From an uncultured Candidatus Saccharibacteria bacterium (GTDB lineage: Bacteria > Patescibacteriota > Minisyncoccia > Phycocordibacterales > UBA918): a DNA stretch of 64,000 nucleotides. Location of the stretch: the NCBI GenBank assembly GCA_964626635.1, contig CAZVFY010000002.1:5300-69299 (forward strand). The letters are read 5' to 3'. Position 1 is the stretch's first letter. Every line of letters begins with the position of its first letter. Below the pieces are notes generated by a model. It had not been told where the DNA came from. It was given only the letters and a program-made list of their open reading frames with translations, and searched no databases. Shown here one piece after another: positions 10,674 through 22,241 of this stretch. The position numbers and the translations under genes were made by a program.

Positions 10674-11471
10674 ATGACAATTCAACAACTATTTAATGCC
10701 GGGGCGCACTTTGGCTTCAAAAAAAGCCGTCGTCACCCTAGCGTCGCACCGTACGTGTTTACCACCAAAGACGGCAGTGACGTCATCGACCTCGAACAAA
10801 CTGCAGCCCAAATCGAGCGCGCCAAAGAAGTCCTCGATGCAGCCGGTAAAAATGGTCACGTCGTGCTATTTGTGGGCACCAAGGACGAATCGGCTCGCAT
10901 CGTACGTGACGCTGCCGAGCGTGCCGAAGCACCGTACGTTACCAATCGCTGGATTGGTGGAATGCTCACCAACTGGACCGAAATGAAAAAGCGAATTAAT
11001 CGCCTCGAAGTGCTGATCAACGAAAAAGATTCTGGTGAATTAGAGCGCAAATACACTAAAAAAGAACGAGTGGTTATCGGTCGCGAGACAGACAAGCTCA
11101 CCTTTAACTTTGGTGGCATCAAAGACATGCCTAAAACCCCTGACCTGATGGTGGTGGTCGACCCGCGCGCTGATCATATCGCGGTAGCTGAGGCAGCCGA
11201 AAAAAATATTCCCGTACTTGCGCTCATGGGGACTGATAACAATGCTGAACTTGTCAAGTACCCAGTAGTGGCCAATGATTCATTGACAGATTCGATCACT
11301 TTAATTTTGAGCGAATTACTAGACGCTTACAAAGCCGGTAAAGCGGCCTACGTCCCACCAAAGCCGGTTGAACAAACTGATCGTGGAGAGCGTATAGAAC
11401 GTCGCGAACGCCCAGCTCGCCCACGTGGTGAACGATCTGAACGCCCAGACCGGTCGACTCAAACTGACTAG
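10674..11471 (+). CDS. rpsB: 30S ribosomal protein S2
   Basis: GAHFGFKKSRRHP and RWIGGMLTN motifs; basic/acidic C-terminal tail. Confidence 0.9.
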   Translation: MTIQQLFNAGAHFGFKKSRRHPSVAPYVFTTKDGSDVIDLEQTAAQIERAKEVLDAAGKNGHVVLFVGTKDESARIVRDAAERAEAPYVTNRWIGGMLTNWTEMKKRINRLEVLINEKDSGELERKYTKKERVVIGRETDKLTFNFGGIKDMPKTPDLMVVVDPRADHIAVAEAAEKNIPVLALMGTDNNAELVKYPVVANDSLTDSITLILSELLDAYKAGKAAYVPPKPVEQTDRGERIERRERPARPRGERSERPDRSTQTD

Positions 11472-11510
11472 GGTATACTATAAATTACTTGATCTTTAAC
11501 GATATATCGT

Positions 11511-12095
11511 ATGGAAATTACTTCTGCGCAACTAAAAGAATTACGAGACAAAACTGGCATTTCAGTCATGCAATGCAAGCAAGCTCTGCAAGAGGCTGAG
11601 GGTGACATGGAGAAAGCGGTCATTATCCTCAAGAAAAAGCGCTCAGAAGCGGCCGATAAGAAATCAGACCGCGAACTCGGCGCCGGTGCGGTCGGTCACT
11701 ACGTTCACAATACTGGCGAAGTCGCGGCGATGGTCTTGCTCGCGTGCGAGACAGACTTTGTATCAAAGAACGAAGAGTTCGTTGCGCTCGCTCGTGACAT
11801 TGCGATGCATATAGCTGCGACCAGTCCACAATACATCAGCAAAGACCAGCTGCCGGCCGACGCGCTCGAGAAAGCGAAGGAAGTATTTGCCCCTGAACTA
11901 GAAGGCAAACCAGAAGAGATGAAAGAAAAGATCATGCAGGGCAAGCTCGACAGTTACTTCAAGGATCAAGTCTTGATGGAGCAGTCGTTTGTGAAGAACC
12001 CTGACACCACCATCGGAGAACTGGTAGCTGGCGGCATTCAGAAGTTTGGTGAGAATATGAGCATTGCTGATATGTCACGACTATCTGTAAAATAA
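11511..12095 (+). CDS. tsf: elongation factor Ts (short form)
   Basis: N-terminal UBA-like MEITSAQLKELRDKTGISVMQCKQAL; 194 aa; follows rpsB as in the conserved rpsB-tsf operon. Confidence 0.85.
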   Translation: MEITSAQLKELRDKTGISVMQCKQALQEAEGDMEKAVIILKKKRSEAADKKSDRELGAGAVGHYVHNTGEVAAMVLLACETDFVSKNEEFVALARDIAMHIAATSPQYISKDQLPADALEKAKEVFAPELEGKPEEMKEKIMQGKLDSYFKDQVLMEQSFVKNPDTTIGELVAGGIQKFGENMSIADMSRLSVK

Positions 12096-12099
12096 CCGT

Positions 12100-12477
12100 A
12101 TGAGTGAACTGCTAGTTCCAGCAGTTGCGAGCAGCGTACTGGTGGCGCTGTTTGTCGTTTTCGCCAGCTTGGTGCATCGCGAACGCACGCTCGGTCGTCG
12201 AGTGTTGCTGGGTGCTTTCCGTGCCCGCCTAGACGTGGCGGTACAGAGCGCCGGACGAATAAAGTTAGCGCTGCGCACCCATGTGCGGAAATGGGTGCAG
12301 AGTGTTGCGAAGACTCGCCGCGCGCCGGGCCATTCTATTACTCGCCGTCCGGGGCTCGGCTCGGTACCTACCAACACTTCTAGCCTGGCGGATGTCCGCG
12401 CCCATCGCCGGCAGACCGCCCTCACACCCGCCGAACGAGCTGAGCGCAAACGTCGTTCGGTCGAGGAGTGGAGCTAG
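12100..12477 (+). CDS. hypothetical small Arg-rich protein with N-terminal hydrophobic helix (uncertain gene)
   Basis: ATG 5 nt after tsf stop; locally GC-rich with ORFs open in several frames, so coding status is uncertain. Confidence 0.25.
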   Translation: MSELLVPAVASSVLVALFVVFASLVHRERTLGRRVLLGAFRARLDVAVQSAGRIKLALRTHVRKWVQSVAKTRRAPGHSITRRPGLGSVPTNTSSLADVRAHRRQTALTPAERAERKRRSVEEWS

Positions 12478-12536
12478 GATGCACTAATCGCACCCAATGA
12501 TGTCAGAAATGTGATCCTAATTCGTCACCATTACTG

Positions 12537-14300
12537 ATGACTCAAAAAATTTCTCAAACTACTGAATTACCAAGAACGCCGATAGCGTTCTTTTGGTATA
12601 TCAGTAAACCATACAAATGGATAATAGTGGCTGCTGTTGTACTAGTTACTATAGCTGCCGCTGGTAGTGTAGGAACTAGATTCCTCATCGAATTCTTAGT
12701 TACGGCGATTGAAGACCGAGATAATTATCGCGTAATGGTGCTAGCAATGCTATACCCGACTATTTTCTTTGGATTCGCTATGCTGTGGAGAATTTCTAGT
12801 GTTGTGGCCCAGAATTGGTTGCTGGGTGCACCAAAACAAACTGTTGATCGCTTGATGTCTTATACAAATAAGCATAGTCATAGCTATTTTGCGAATCGAT
12901 TCGCAGGTTCGCTTAGTAACAAGATCTCAAATGTCTCCAGCGCTATGGAAGAATTTGTTGGTTTATTTCTATGGGATTATTTAGAACAATTCATCCCTGT
13001 GCTCTTGACGGGTGTAATCTTTCTTTATACTGATGTCCTAGTCGGGGGTCTATATTTTGCGTTAATCGTCTCAAGCATAATTCTGAATTTATGGTTAATG
13101 AAGCGTAAACGGATCTACTCGCTCGCTCTAGCAAATGCCCAATCAAAAACTACTGGTTTAGTAGTGGATGTGATGAGTAATGTGCAAGCAGTTAGGCAGT
13201 ACGTGCGCAGTACTGATGAGTATCAAAGCGTTGCGAAACAAACCGAAGATGTTAGAACCAAGGGGCGAAGATCTTTTTTGTATTCAGAATATATGATGTT
13301 CGCAAACTCACTATTATTTACAGTGTTTGCAGTGGGTATGTTCAGTGTGATGGTGCAAAATTGGATTACAGAAGAAGTTACATCTGGTCGTTTGTTAAGC
13401 TTTATTTTACTATTAACGTACACATCAGGGACAGTACTTTCACTCGGGCGGGTAATCAGTCGCACCGCTAAAGTGTATGGACGAGCCGAAGAAGGTTTAC
13501 AAGAAGTTCTCGTCGATCACGAAGTTATCGACGCACCTGACGCAAAAGCATTGCGAGTCTCAAGCGGTGCACTTGATATATGCGCTCTCACATTTGCCTA
13601 CCAAGAAAAAGATATTTTCACTGACCTCACACTAGACATCCCACCTGGCCAGCGTGTCGGTCTGGTCGGACCATCCGGGGCGGGGAAGTCGACGTTTGTA
13701 TCGCTACTCTTGCGTCAGCATGATCTGAATGGGGGATCGATCGAGATTGATGGACAAAATATTGCCGAGGTGACGCAAGACAGTTTGCGTCAAAATATCG
13801 CGTTTGTGCCCCAAGAACCAATGCTCTTTCACCGCTCCATCCGCGAGAACATTTTGTACGGCAAGCTAGACGCCAGCGAGGCCGAAATGATTGAGGCAGC
13901 CATGCGCGCGAACGCGCATGACTTTATCATCGAGCTACCCGACGGCTACGACACCCTGGTGGGTGAGCGCGGCGTCAAATTGTCTGGCGGGCAAAAGCAG
14001 CGTGTCGCGATCGCCCGCGCGATGCTAAAACAAGCGCCAATTCTAATCCTCGACGAGGCGACCAGCGCACTTGATAGCGAATCGGAGTCGCTGATTCAAT
14101 CCGCGCTCGAGGAACTGATGGAAGGCAAAACGGTCTTAGCAATCGCGCATCGTCTATCGACCCTGCGAAAGATGGATCGTATTTTAGTGTTCGAAAACGG
14201 GCGAATCATTGAAGACGGCACGCACGCAGAACTGACCAAAGCCAGCGGCACCTACAGCCGTTTGTGGAAACATCAGTCGGGCGGGTTTTTAGTTGAATAA
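12537..14300 (+). CDS. ABC transporter, fused permease/ATP-binding exporter (MsbA/LmrA-like)
   Basis: Six predicted TM helices; Walker A GPSGAGKST; signature LSGGQKQRVAIARA; Walker B ILILDEATSALD. Confidence 0.9.
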   Translation: MTQKISQTTELPRTPIAFFWYISKPYKWIIVAAVVLVTIAAAGSVGTRFLIEFLVTAIEDRDNYRVMVLAMLYPTIFFGFAMLWRISSVVAQNWLLGAPKQTVDRLMSYTNKHSHSYFANRFAGSLSNKISNVSSAMEEFVGLFLWDYLEQFIPVLLTGVIFLYTDVLVGGLYFALIVSSIILNLWLMKRKRIYSLALANAQSKTTGLVVDVMSNVQAVRQYVRSTDEYQSVAKQTEDVRTKGRRSFLYSEYMMFANSLLFTVFAVGMFSVMVQNWITEEVTSGRLLSFILLLTYTSGTVLSLGRVISRTAKVYGRAEEGLQEVLVDHEVIDAPDAKALRVSSGALDICALTFAYQEKDIFTDLTLDIPPGQRVGLVGPSGAGKSTFVSLLLRQHDLNGGSIEIDGQNIAEVTQDSLRQNIAFVPQEPMLFHRSIRENILYGKLDASEAEMIEAAMRANAHDFIIELPDGYDTLVGERGVKLSGGQKQRVAIARAMLKQAPILILDEATSALDSESESLIQSALEELMEGKTVLAIAHRLSTLRKMDRILVFENGRIIEDGTHAELTKASGTYSRLWKHQSGGFLVE

Positions 14301-14361
14301 GACTGGTCAAACCTTTCAAACTTTGTTACCATCATGGCCACTTAGGAACACCTTCCTATTC

Positions 14362-14435
14362 GCCACCTTAGCTCAGTTGGCTAGAGCAACGGATTTGTAA
14401 CCCGTAGGTCGTCAGTTCGAATCTGACAGGTGGCT
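14362..14435 (+). tRNA. tRNA-Thr (anticodon TGT)
   Basis: Cloverleaf by eye: acceptor GCCACCT/AGGTGGC, D-arm GCTC-AGTTGGCTA-GAGC, anticodon loop TTTGTAA, T-arm GTCAG-TTCGAAT-CTGAC; CCA not encoded. Confidence 0.8.
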
Positions 14436-14514
14436 CAGTTGGATAGAGTTTGAAACACTGTTTCAAAAGATTTGTAACGCACGCTTCGCTCAGGTCGTCA
14501 GTTCGAATCTGACA
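14433..14514 (+). other. degenerate partial tandem copy of the tRNA-Thr gene (pseudo-tRNA or att-like scar)
   Basis: Repeats the D-arm (GCTCAGTTGGATAGAG) and the identical 3' 32 nt AGGTCGTCAGTTCGAATCTGACAGGTGGCTCA; has no 5' acceptor strand; carries an extra TTTGAAAC/GTTTCAAA hairpin. Confidence 0.4.
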
Positions 14515-14574
14515 GGTGGCTCACATTCCACCCTTTATTTTCCAGCAAAATAAAGCTATACTCGACCCTAACTC

Positions 14575-16164
14575 ATGCAGTCTATCCCCGAGGCAGAACT
14601 ATTACCCTACGCGCGACGCGAGGATTTTAAGGTTGGTAAAGCCTCTGAACTCACTGGCCGCGATCGGCGTTTTTATCGGTTTTTGGAAATTGTGCCCGGC
14701 CTCGCTTCATGGGGAGCGCTGATTGGGATTGTGTTGGCGTCAATTTACGCGTCGTTCTTTGCGGCGTATTTTATTATTGCATTCGCGATTTACTGGGTAC
14801 TGAAAACAATCTTTTTGTCGTATCACGTGCGCTACAACTGGAAACGCTTGCGTCACCATATGAAGCTTGATTGGCGACAGCTAGTTAGCAAATACGAGTA
14901 CGACCACTTGCAGCACCTCGTTGTATTTCCCTACTACAAAGAACCGCGCGCCGTGCTAGTCGAAGCCTTGGAGGGCTTGCGGGCGGCGCATTATAATCCA
15001 CAGAAACTGATCGTTGTCTTAGCGGCCGAGGAACGCGCCGGTGCCGAGCAGGTGACGTTAGGCGAGTCATTAGTACAAGAGTACGCTGGTACGTTCGGCA
15101 GCCTAACGCTCACGGTGCATCCGGATGATGTGCCAGGCGAGATTGCTGGCAAGGGCTCGAACGTACACCACGCACTACACCAGGTTCGCGAAGAGATTAT
15201 CGACCCGCGCCAAATCGGCTACCGCGATATCCTCGTATCTATATTTGATGTTGATACCGTGGTGTACCCCGACTACTTTAACTGTTTGGTCTGGCATTTT
15301 ATGAACGCCGAGCATCCGTTCAAAAGCGCGTTTCAGCCGGTGCCACTATTTACTAATAATTTGTGGGAGGCACCGGCGGTTTCGCGTGTGATGGCAATGT
15401 CGAGTACATTCTGGCAAATGATTATGCAGGAGCGACCCGACAAGGCCGCAACGTTCTCGTCTCATTCAGTTAGTTTTCAGTCGCTGTACGAAATTGGCTA
15501 TGGCCAGGCCAACGTGGTCAGTGAAGACTCGCGAATTTACTGGAACCTGTACATCGCAAATGATGGAGATTTTCATATCGTGCCGCTTTCGTACCCGATT
15601 GCCATGGACGCCACAACAGCGCCGACGTTGTGGGGAACGATCATTAATATTTACCGCCAGCACCGTCGCTGGACGTACGGCGTCGAAAACTGGTGTTACA
15701 TCGTCTACCACTTTACCAAGAACAAAGCGATTCCACTGCGCAAGCGCCTAGCGGTTGGGTTCATGTCCGGTGAGGGTTACTGGGCGTTGGTGACGAATCC
15801 AATCATGTTGTTTATCCTCGGGTGGGCACCGATTTTCCTCGGCACACAAGAATTTCACCAAACGGTACTATCGTACGAACTGCCAATTCTGGTGCGGAAT
15901 ATGTTGACATTTGCTATGATCGGGTTAGTGGTGTCTGCAATCATCTCGTTGTCTCTCACCCCGCCACGGCCGGCTGGACACAGTCGGTTCAAGTACATCG
16001 TCATGGCGTTGCAGTGGATCATGGTGCCTTTGACCATGATCGTGTTTAGTGCGATTCCAGGGCTTGATGCGCAGACGCGATTGATGCTCGGTCGGTACAT
16101 GGGGTTCTGGGTCACACCCAAACGCAGCAATGTAAAAGCGATCACGCGTCGCGCCATAGCCTAA
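14575..16164 (+). CDS. family 2 processive glycosyltransferase (cellulose/chitin-synthase-like), integral membrane
   Basis: DVD (DxD), SED and QHRRW (Q-x-x-R-W) motifs; multiple TM helices at both ends. Confidence 0.7.
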   Translation: MQSIPEAELLPYARREDFKVGKASELTGRDRRFYRFLEIVPGLASWGALIGIVLASIYASFFAAYFIIAFAIYWVLKTIFLSYHVRYNWKRLRHHMKLDWRQLVSKYEYDHLQHLVVFPYYKEPRAVLVEALEGLRAAHYNPQKLIVVLAAEERAGAEQVTLGESLVQEYAGTFGSLTLTVHPDDVPGEIAGKGSNVHHALHQVREEIIDPRQIGYRDILVSIFDVDTVVYPDYFNCLVWHFMNAEHPFKSAFQPVPLFTNNLWEAPAVSRVMAMSSTFWQMIMQERPDKAATFSSHSVSFQSLYEIGYGQANVVSEDSRIYWNLYIANDGDFHIVPLSYPIAMDATTAPTLWGTIINIYRQHRRWTYGVENWCYIVYHFTKNKAIPLRKRLAVGFMSGEGYWALVTNPIMLFILGWAPIFLGTQEFHQTVLSYELPILVRNMLTFAMIGLVVSAIISLSLTPPRPAGHSRFKYIVMALQWIMVPLTMIVFSAIPGLDAQTRLMLGRYMGFWVTPKRSNVKAITRRAIA

Positions 16165-16195
16165 TGGCGCAGGCCGTGCTAGGAGTTTAGTAATT

Positions 16196-17350
16196 ATGCC
16201 TCAGGAACCTCAAATTAAGGCTCTCTCAAATCGCGAACGCACCTGGTTATTCTGGTTGTTGTTCGCAGTGTTTTTGGTGTCATTGCCAGCGGTGATTTTC
16301 TATACAACGGGTTATCGCCTGCAGTTTACCGAAGACGCGACTGAGATTGTGACCACCGGGGGGTTGTACGTCGACACTGACCTCGATGAGGTTCAGGTGT
16401 ACTTGAATGAAGATGCGTTTCTGCGTCCACGGCTATTTCGCAATGCGTACTATTTGCAGAATGTGCCCGAAGGTGTACACCGGGTGGTTGTTCAAGCGCC
16501 AGGCTTGCACACCTGGGTTAAGGAGCTACCAGTTAGTCCCCGGATCGTGACCGAAGCGCGCGCATTCAATGTACCGGTCGAGCCACAACTACGACCAATT
16601 ACTCGCTTCGAAACCGCAGACAATATTCCAGTCTACCGCGCCGCGTCGTCTACCCTCTGGGGGGTCGCTACTGCCACCGAGCCGTTTCTTACTGCTACGA
16701 CCACTGCCACTACCAGTTTAGTACGGAATCCTGAGTTTATATTTGTCGACGCATTATTTGCGAGCACTTCCAGTACCAGTGTCTCAGTATTTGCGGATAA
16801 CGATGCTTTTCGATTCATGACTCCTCGAGAAAGAGCCCGAGCGACCACTACTTCGCGGCGTGTTGTTAGTAACGACATTGAGTTACTTGACACTCAGAAC
16901 GAAGTGTTTGCCGTCTGGCTCGGGCCCCGTCACGATATACCGCACTACTACTGTGTGTCAAATGGCACCGCGTCTAGCACAGCTGCCAAGTATGGGCAGC
17001 ACGTGGCAGACCAAATCGAGGCACTGAATGCGGCTAGCATCAGCACCACCAGCAACACCAGTGTCGGGCAAGTATTTAACAAGCGCGACCAAACCTGCCG
17101 ATCAGCGATCCAGTTGAATCGCTTACGCCAAGACGTGTATTGGTATGGGTTCATGCCCGGATCTAACGATGAAGTCTTGTTACATCTAGAGGACGGGTTG
17201 TACGTGACAGAAATTGACGATCGGGCGTGGCAGAATACGCAGCCACTTTTACCAATCAGTGACGTCCGGGTACTGGTAGAAAACGGCATCATTTATGTGT
17301 TACACCGAGGCTTTTTGTTTGAACTCGTGCCAACCCTAGCTGACTCATAA
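16196..17350 (+). CDS. hypothetical membrane-anchored extracytoplasmic protein, likely partner of the glycosyltransferase
   Basis: Single N-terminal TM helix WLFWLLFAVFLVSLPAVIFY; SD-like AGGAG upstream; adjacent to the GT2 gene. Confidence 0.45.
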   Translation: MPQEPQIKALSNRERTWLFWLLFAVFLVSLPAVIFYTTGYRLQFTEDATEIVTTGGLYVDTDLDEVQVYLNEDAFLRPRLFRNAYYLQNVPEGVHRVVVQAPGLHTWVKELPVSPRIVTEARAFNVPVEPQLRPITRFETADNIPVYRAASSTLWGVATATEPFLTATTTATTSLVRNPEFIFVDALFASTSSTSVSVFADNDAFRFMTPRERARATTTSRRVVSNDIELLDTQNEVFAVWLGPRHDIPHYYCVSNGTASSTAAKYGQHVADQIEALNAASISTTSNTSVGQVFNKRDQTCRSAIQLNRLRQDVYWYGFMPGSNDEVLLHLEDGLYVTEIDDRAWQNTQPLLPISDVRVLVENGIIYVLHRGFLFELVPTLADS

Positions 17351-17372
17351 TGTGTGGTACACTCGCTATCGT

Positions 17373-18092
17373 ATGCAACGACCCGGACACCAACACCCTA
17401 TTACTGCAATGATTAATGAGATCAACGCGATCTTTGCCGAGATCGGTTTTACGTTTGCCGATGGTCCAGAGGCTGAAACCGAGCGATATAACTTTGACTT
17501 ACTCAACGTCCCAAAGGACCACCCGAGCCGCGACATGCAGGATACATTCTGGTTTAAAGACAAAGATGTAAGTGAGCCAACAGTCTTACGCACGCACACT
17601 AGCCCCGTCCAGGCGCGTACGCTAGAGGCGGAGGGTGCGCCGTGTAAAGTGATCGTACCGGGCAAAGTCTTTCGTAACGAAGCTACTGACGCGACGCACG
17701 AAGCACAGTTTTATCAACTTGAAGGCTTACACGTTGACCGTGGTGTGCACCTCGGACACCTTAAAGGGACGCTTGAGTATTTCTTCTCGAAGTTTTTCGA
17801 CGGTGCGACCGAAGTCCGCTTTCGCCCAAGCTTTTTTCCGTTTGTTGAGCCGGGCGTCGAGGTCGACATGAAACTCCTCGAAGGCGATAGCAAACTAGCG
17901 GGCAAGTGGATCGAAGTCATGGGCGCTGGTATGGTACATCCGAATGTGCTGCGTGACACCGGTGTCGACCCGGACGAATTCAGCGGCTACGCGTTCGGGA
18001 TGGGGATCGACCGCCTTGGCGTGATGAAGTATGGCGTTGAGGATGTACGTGATTATTACACTGGGGACTTGCGGTTCGTGACGCAATTTTAG
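17373..18092 (+). CDS. pheS: phenylalanine--tRNA ligase alpha subunit (minimal, catalytic core only)
   Basis: FRPSFFPFVEPG, GAGMVHPNVL and GFAFGMGIDRL class II motifs; lacks the N-terminal helical arm; start could instead be GTG 17352. Confidence 0.85.
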   Translation: MQRPGHQHPITAMINEINAIFAEIGFTFADGPEAETERYNFDLLNVPKDHPSRDMQDTFWFKDKDVSEPTVLRTHTSPVQARTLEAEGAPCKVIVPGKVFRNEATDATHEAQFYQLEGLHVDRGVHLGHLKGTLEYFFSKFFDGATEVRFRPSFFPFVEPGVEVDMKLLEGDSKLAGKWIEVMGAGMVHPNVLRDTGVDPDEFSGYAFGMGIDRLGVMKYGVEDVRDYYTGDLRFVTQF

Positions 18093-18104
18093 TCTGAATT
18101 TGAT

Positions 18105-20054
18105 ATGAACGTAAATTACAACTGGCTAAAAGAATACGTAGGGGACGCCATACCGCCCGCGGAAGAGGTAGCTGAACTGCTGACTAAACACGCGTTCGAG
18201 ATCGAAGGCGTCGAGGAAGTAGCGGGCCAGACCGTCATTGACGTGGATGTGCTCCCTAACCGGGCGTCTGACTGTCTCTGTCATCGGGGAATCGCGCGCG
18301 AGCTGGCGTCTATTTTGAATGTGCCACTCGCGCATGATCCACTTGCCGCTGCACCTGCGCTTACCCTGCTATCCGACGATCAGCAGATCTCGGTCGACAT
18401 TGCCGAGCCTGACGCTTGCTCGCGCTTTAGCGCATCGCTCATCACTGGCGTGACAGTCGGTGAGTCACCCGACTGGCTGAAAATCCGCCTCGAGTCCCTT
18501 GGTCAGCGCTCGATCAACAACATCGTCGACGCGACGAACTATGTGATGTACGCCATTGGGCAACCACTGCATGCGTACGACGCCGATCTGTTCCCGCAGG
18601 TCGACGGCGCGTGGCGGATAGCTGTACGCTACGCCCGCCCGGGCGAAATTGTCGAGATCCTACCCGAAGGCGGCAGCGATGAACCGCGCCAGGTTGAGTG
18701 TCTTGGCACGGAACTTTTAATTGTTGACCAATCAAGCGACACTCCGATCGGCCTGGCTGGTGTCAAAGGCGGACAGTTCGCCGGCGTGCGCGCGGGGACG
18801 ACCCGTATCATCATCGAAGCCGCGAACTTTGACCCTATCGTGACCCGTAAAACCGCGCGACGTCTGGGGATCGTGATCGACGCCAGCAAGCGCTTCGAGA
18901 ACGATTTGCCAAACGAGCTTGCGCCGTATGCGCAACGCGACATCATCAGTCTGATCACAGACATCGCCGGTGGCACGTACATCGGTACGGTCGATCAGCT
19001 CGTAATAGAGCGCCTAAACCCTGCGGTTGATGTGCGAGTAAGTCGTGCAAATAAACTGTTGGGGTTAACACTGTCACAACAGCAAGTCGCCGATATTATT
19101 GAGCGTACTGGCAGTGAGGTATTTGATGAGACTGAGGCCAATATTGTTACATGTATTGGTCCCTGGGAACGCACTGATCTTAATATTGAAGAAGATTTTA
19201 TCGAAGAAGTTGGACGATTGTATGGGCTCGACCAAATCCAGTTAGTCGCCCCGACCACAGACACTCACGCTGCTGTCAATAAACACCAATACTACGCCGA
19301 AGGTGTGCGTCAAGCACTTTTGGCCGCTGGCGCGAGCGAAGTAATCACCAGCAGCTTCCAAAAGAAAGATCAGATCCAACTGCGCAATGCCCTCGCGAGC
19401 GACAAATCCTACGTCCGCAGTACGCTGCGCAAAAACATGTCGCGCGTCCTTGACCAGAACTTTGTGCATGGTGACTTGCTCGGTGTCCCGCGTATCGCCG
19501 CGTTCGAAATCGGAACGGTGTTCGACAAAGGAGAGGGAGCGGTGGGCGAGCACACATCGCTATGTATCGGTGTCCGCGGCAAGGGTAGTGGTCACACCCC
19601 AAAGGACGATAAAGAATTAACTAGGCTCACGACAGTCGTCGCAGATGCCCTCGGTGTGACGCCCGAGTGGCAGATCGAACAGGGTGTCGCCGAAGTGGAC
19701 TTTGGTGCACTCATTGCTACTCTTCCTACACCAAATCAATACAACGCATTTATAAAAAATGACGTCAAGACTTTCCGACCAATTTCGCAATTCCCGGCTG
19801 TCTCACGTGACATTGCCTTATGGGTGCCAGCCGATATCACATCGACACAAGTCGAGGCGCTGTTGCGAGCATCAGTCACTGATTTGTGTGTTCGTATCGA
19901 CCTATTCGATGAGTTTACCAAGGAGGGCAGGACGTCGTACGCCTTTCGCTTAGTGTTTCTCTCTCATCAAAAAACACTCACCGACGGTGAGGTACACACA
20001 ATTATGGACCGCGTGTACGCTGCTATCAGCGAGCAGGGGTGGGAGGTGCGGTAA
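18105..20054 (+). CDS. pheT: phenylalanine--tRNA ligase beta subunit (short form lacking the OB tRNA-binding domain)
   Basis: N-terminus MNVNYNWLKEY aligns with PheT; B3/4, B5 and C-terminal FDX-ACB-like regions; 649 aa. Confidence 0.85.
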   Translation: MNVNYNWLKEYVGDAIPPAEEVAELLTKHAFEIEGVEEVAGQTVIDVDVLPNRASDCLCHRGIARELASILNVPLAHDPLAAAPALTLLSDDQQISVDIAEPDACSRFSASLITGVTVGESPDWLKIRLESLGQRSINNIVDATNYVMYAIGQPLHAYDADLFPQVDGAWRIAVRYARPGEIVEILPEGGSDEPRQVECLGTELLIVDQSSDTPIGLAGVKGGQFAGVRAGTTRIIIEAANFDPIVTRKTARRLGIVIDASKRFENDLPNELAPYAQRDIISLITDIAGGTYIGTVDQLVIERLNPAVDVRVSRANKLLGLTLSQQQVADIIERTGSEVFDETEANIVTCIGPWERTDLNIEEDFIEEVGRLYGLDQIQLVAPTTDTHAAVNKHQYYAEGVRQALLAAGASEVITSSFQKKDQIQLRNALASDKSYVRSTLRKNMSRVLDQNFVHGDLLGVPRIAAFEIGTVFDKGEGAVGEHTSLCIGVRGKGSGHTPKDDKELTRLTTVVADALGVTPEWQIEQGVAEVDFGALIATLPTPNQYNAFIKNDVKTFRPISQFPAVSRDIALWVPADITSTQVEALLRASVTDLCVRIDLFDEFTKEGRTSYAFRLVFLSHQKTLTDGEVHTIMDRVYAAISEQGWEVR

Positions 20055-20087
20055 CGCAAATAATGGTATACTACCGAGGTTATTTAA

Positions 20088-22181
<2,094 letters not shown>

Positions 22182-22197
22182 CACAATGGCGACAACA

Positions 22198-22229
22198 CAA
22201 AAGCCCCGGCACGAGTACCGGGGCTTTTG
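22198..22229. terminator. bidirectional intrinsic terminator between gyrB and the convergent gene
   Basis: AAAAGCCCCGG-loop-CCGGGGCTTTT with flanking A and T tracts. Confidence 0.7.
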
Positions 22230-22241
22230 TGTTGTAGGCTA

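Noticed and set aside
12100-12480. RNase P RNA, tmRNA or SRP RNA in the GC-rich segment after tsf
   Set aside because: Conserved motifs (AGGAAAGUCCGGGCUCC / ACAGAACCCGGCUUA; GGAAGCAG; tmRNA tRNA-like end) not found on either strand. Left as unassigned.
14436-14514. Second tRNA gene immediately after tRNA-Thr
   Set aside because: No 5' acceptor strand complementary to AGGTGGC exists upstream of its D-arm, so it cannot fold as a cloverleaf. Treated as a degenerate partial duplicate.
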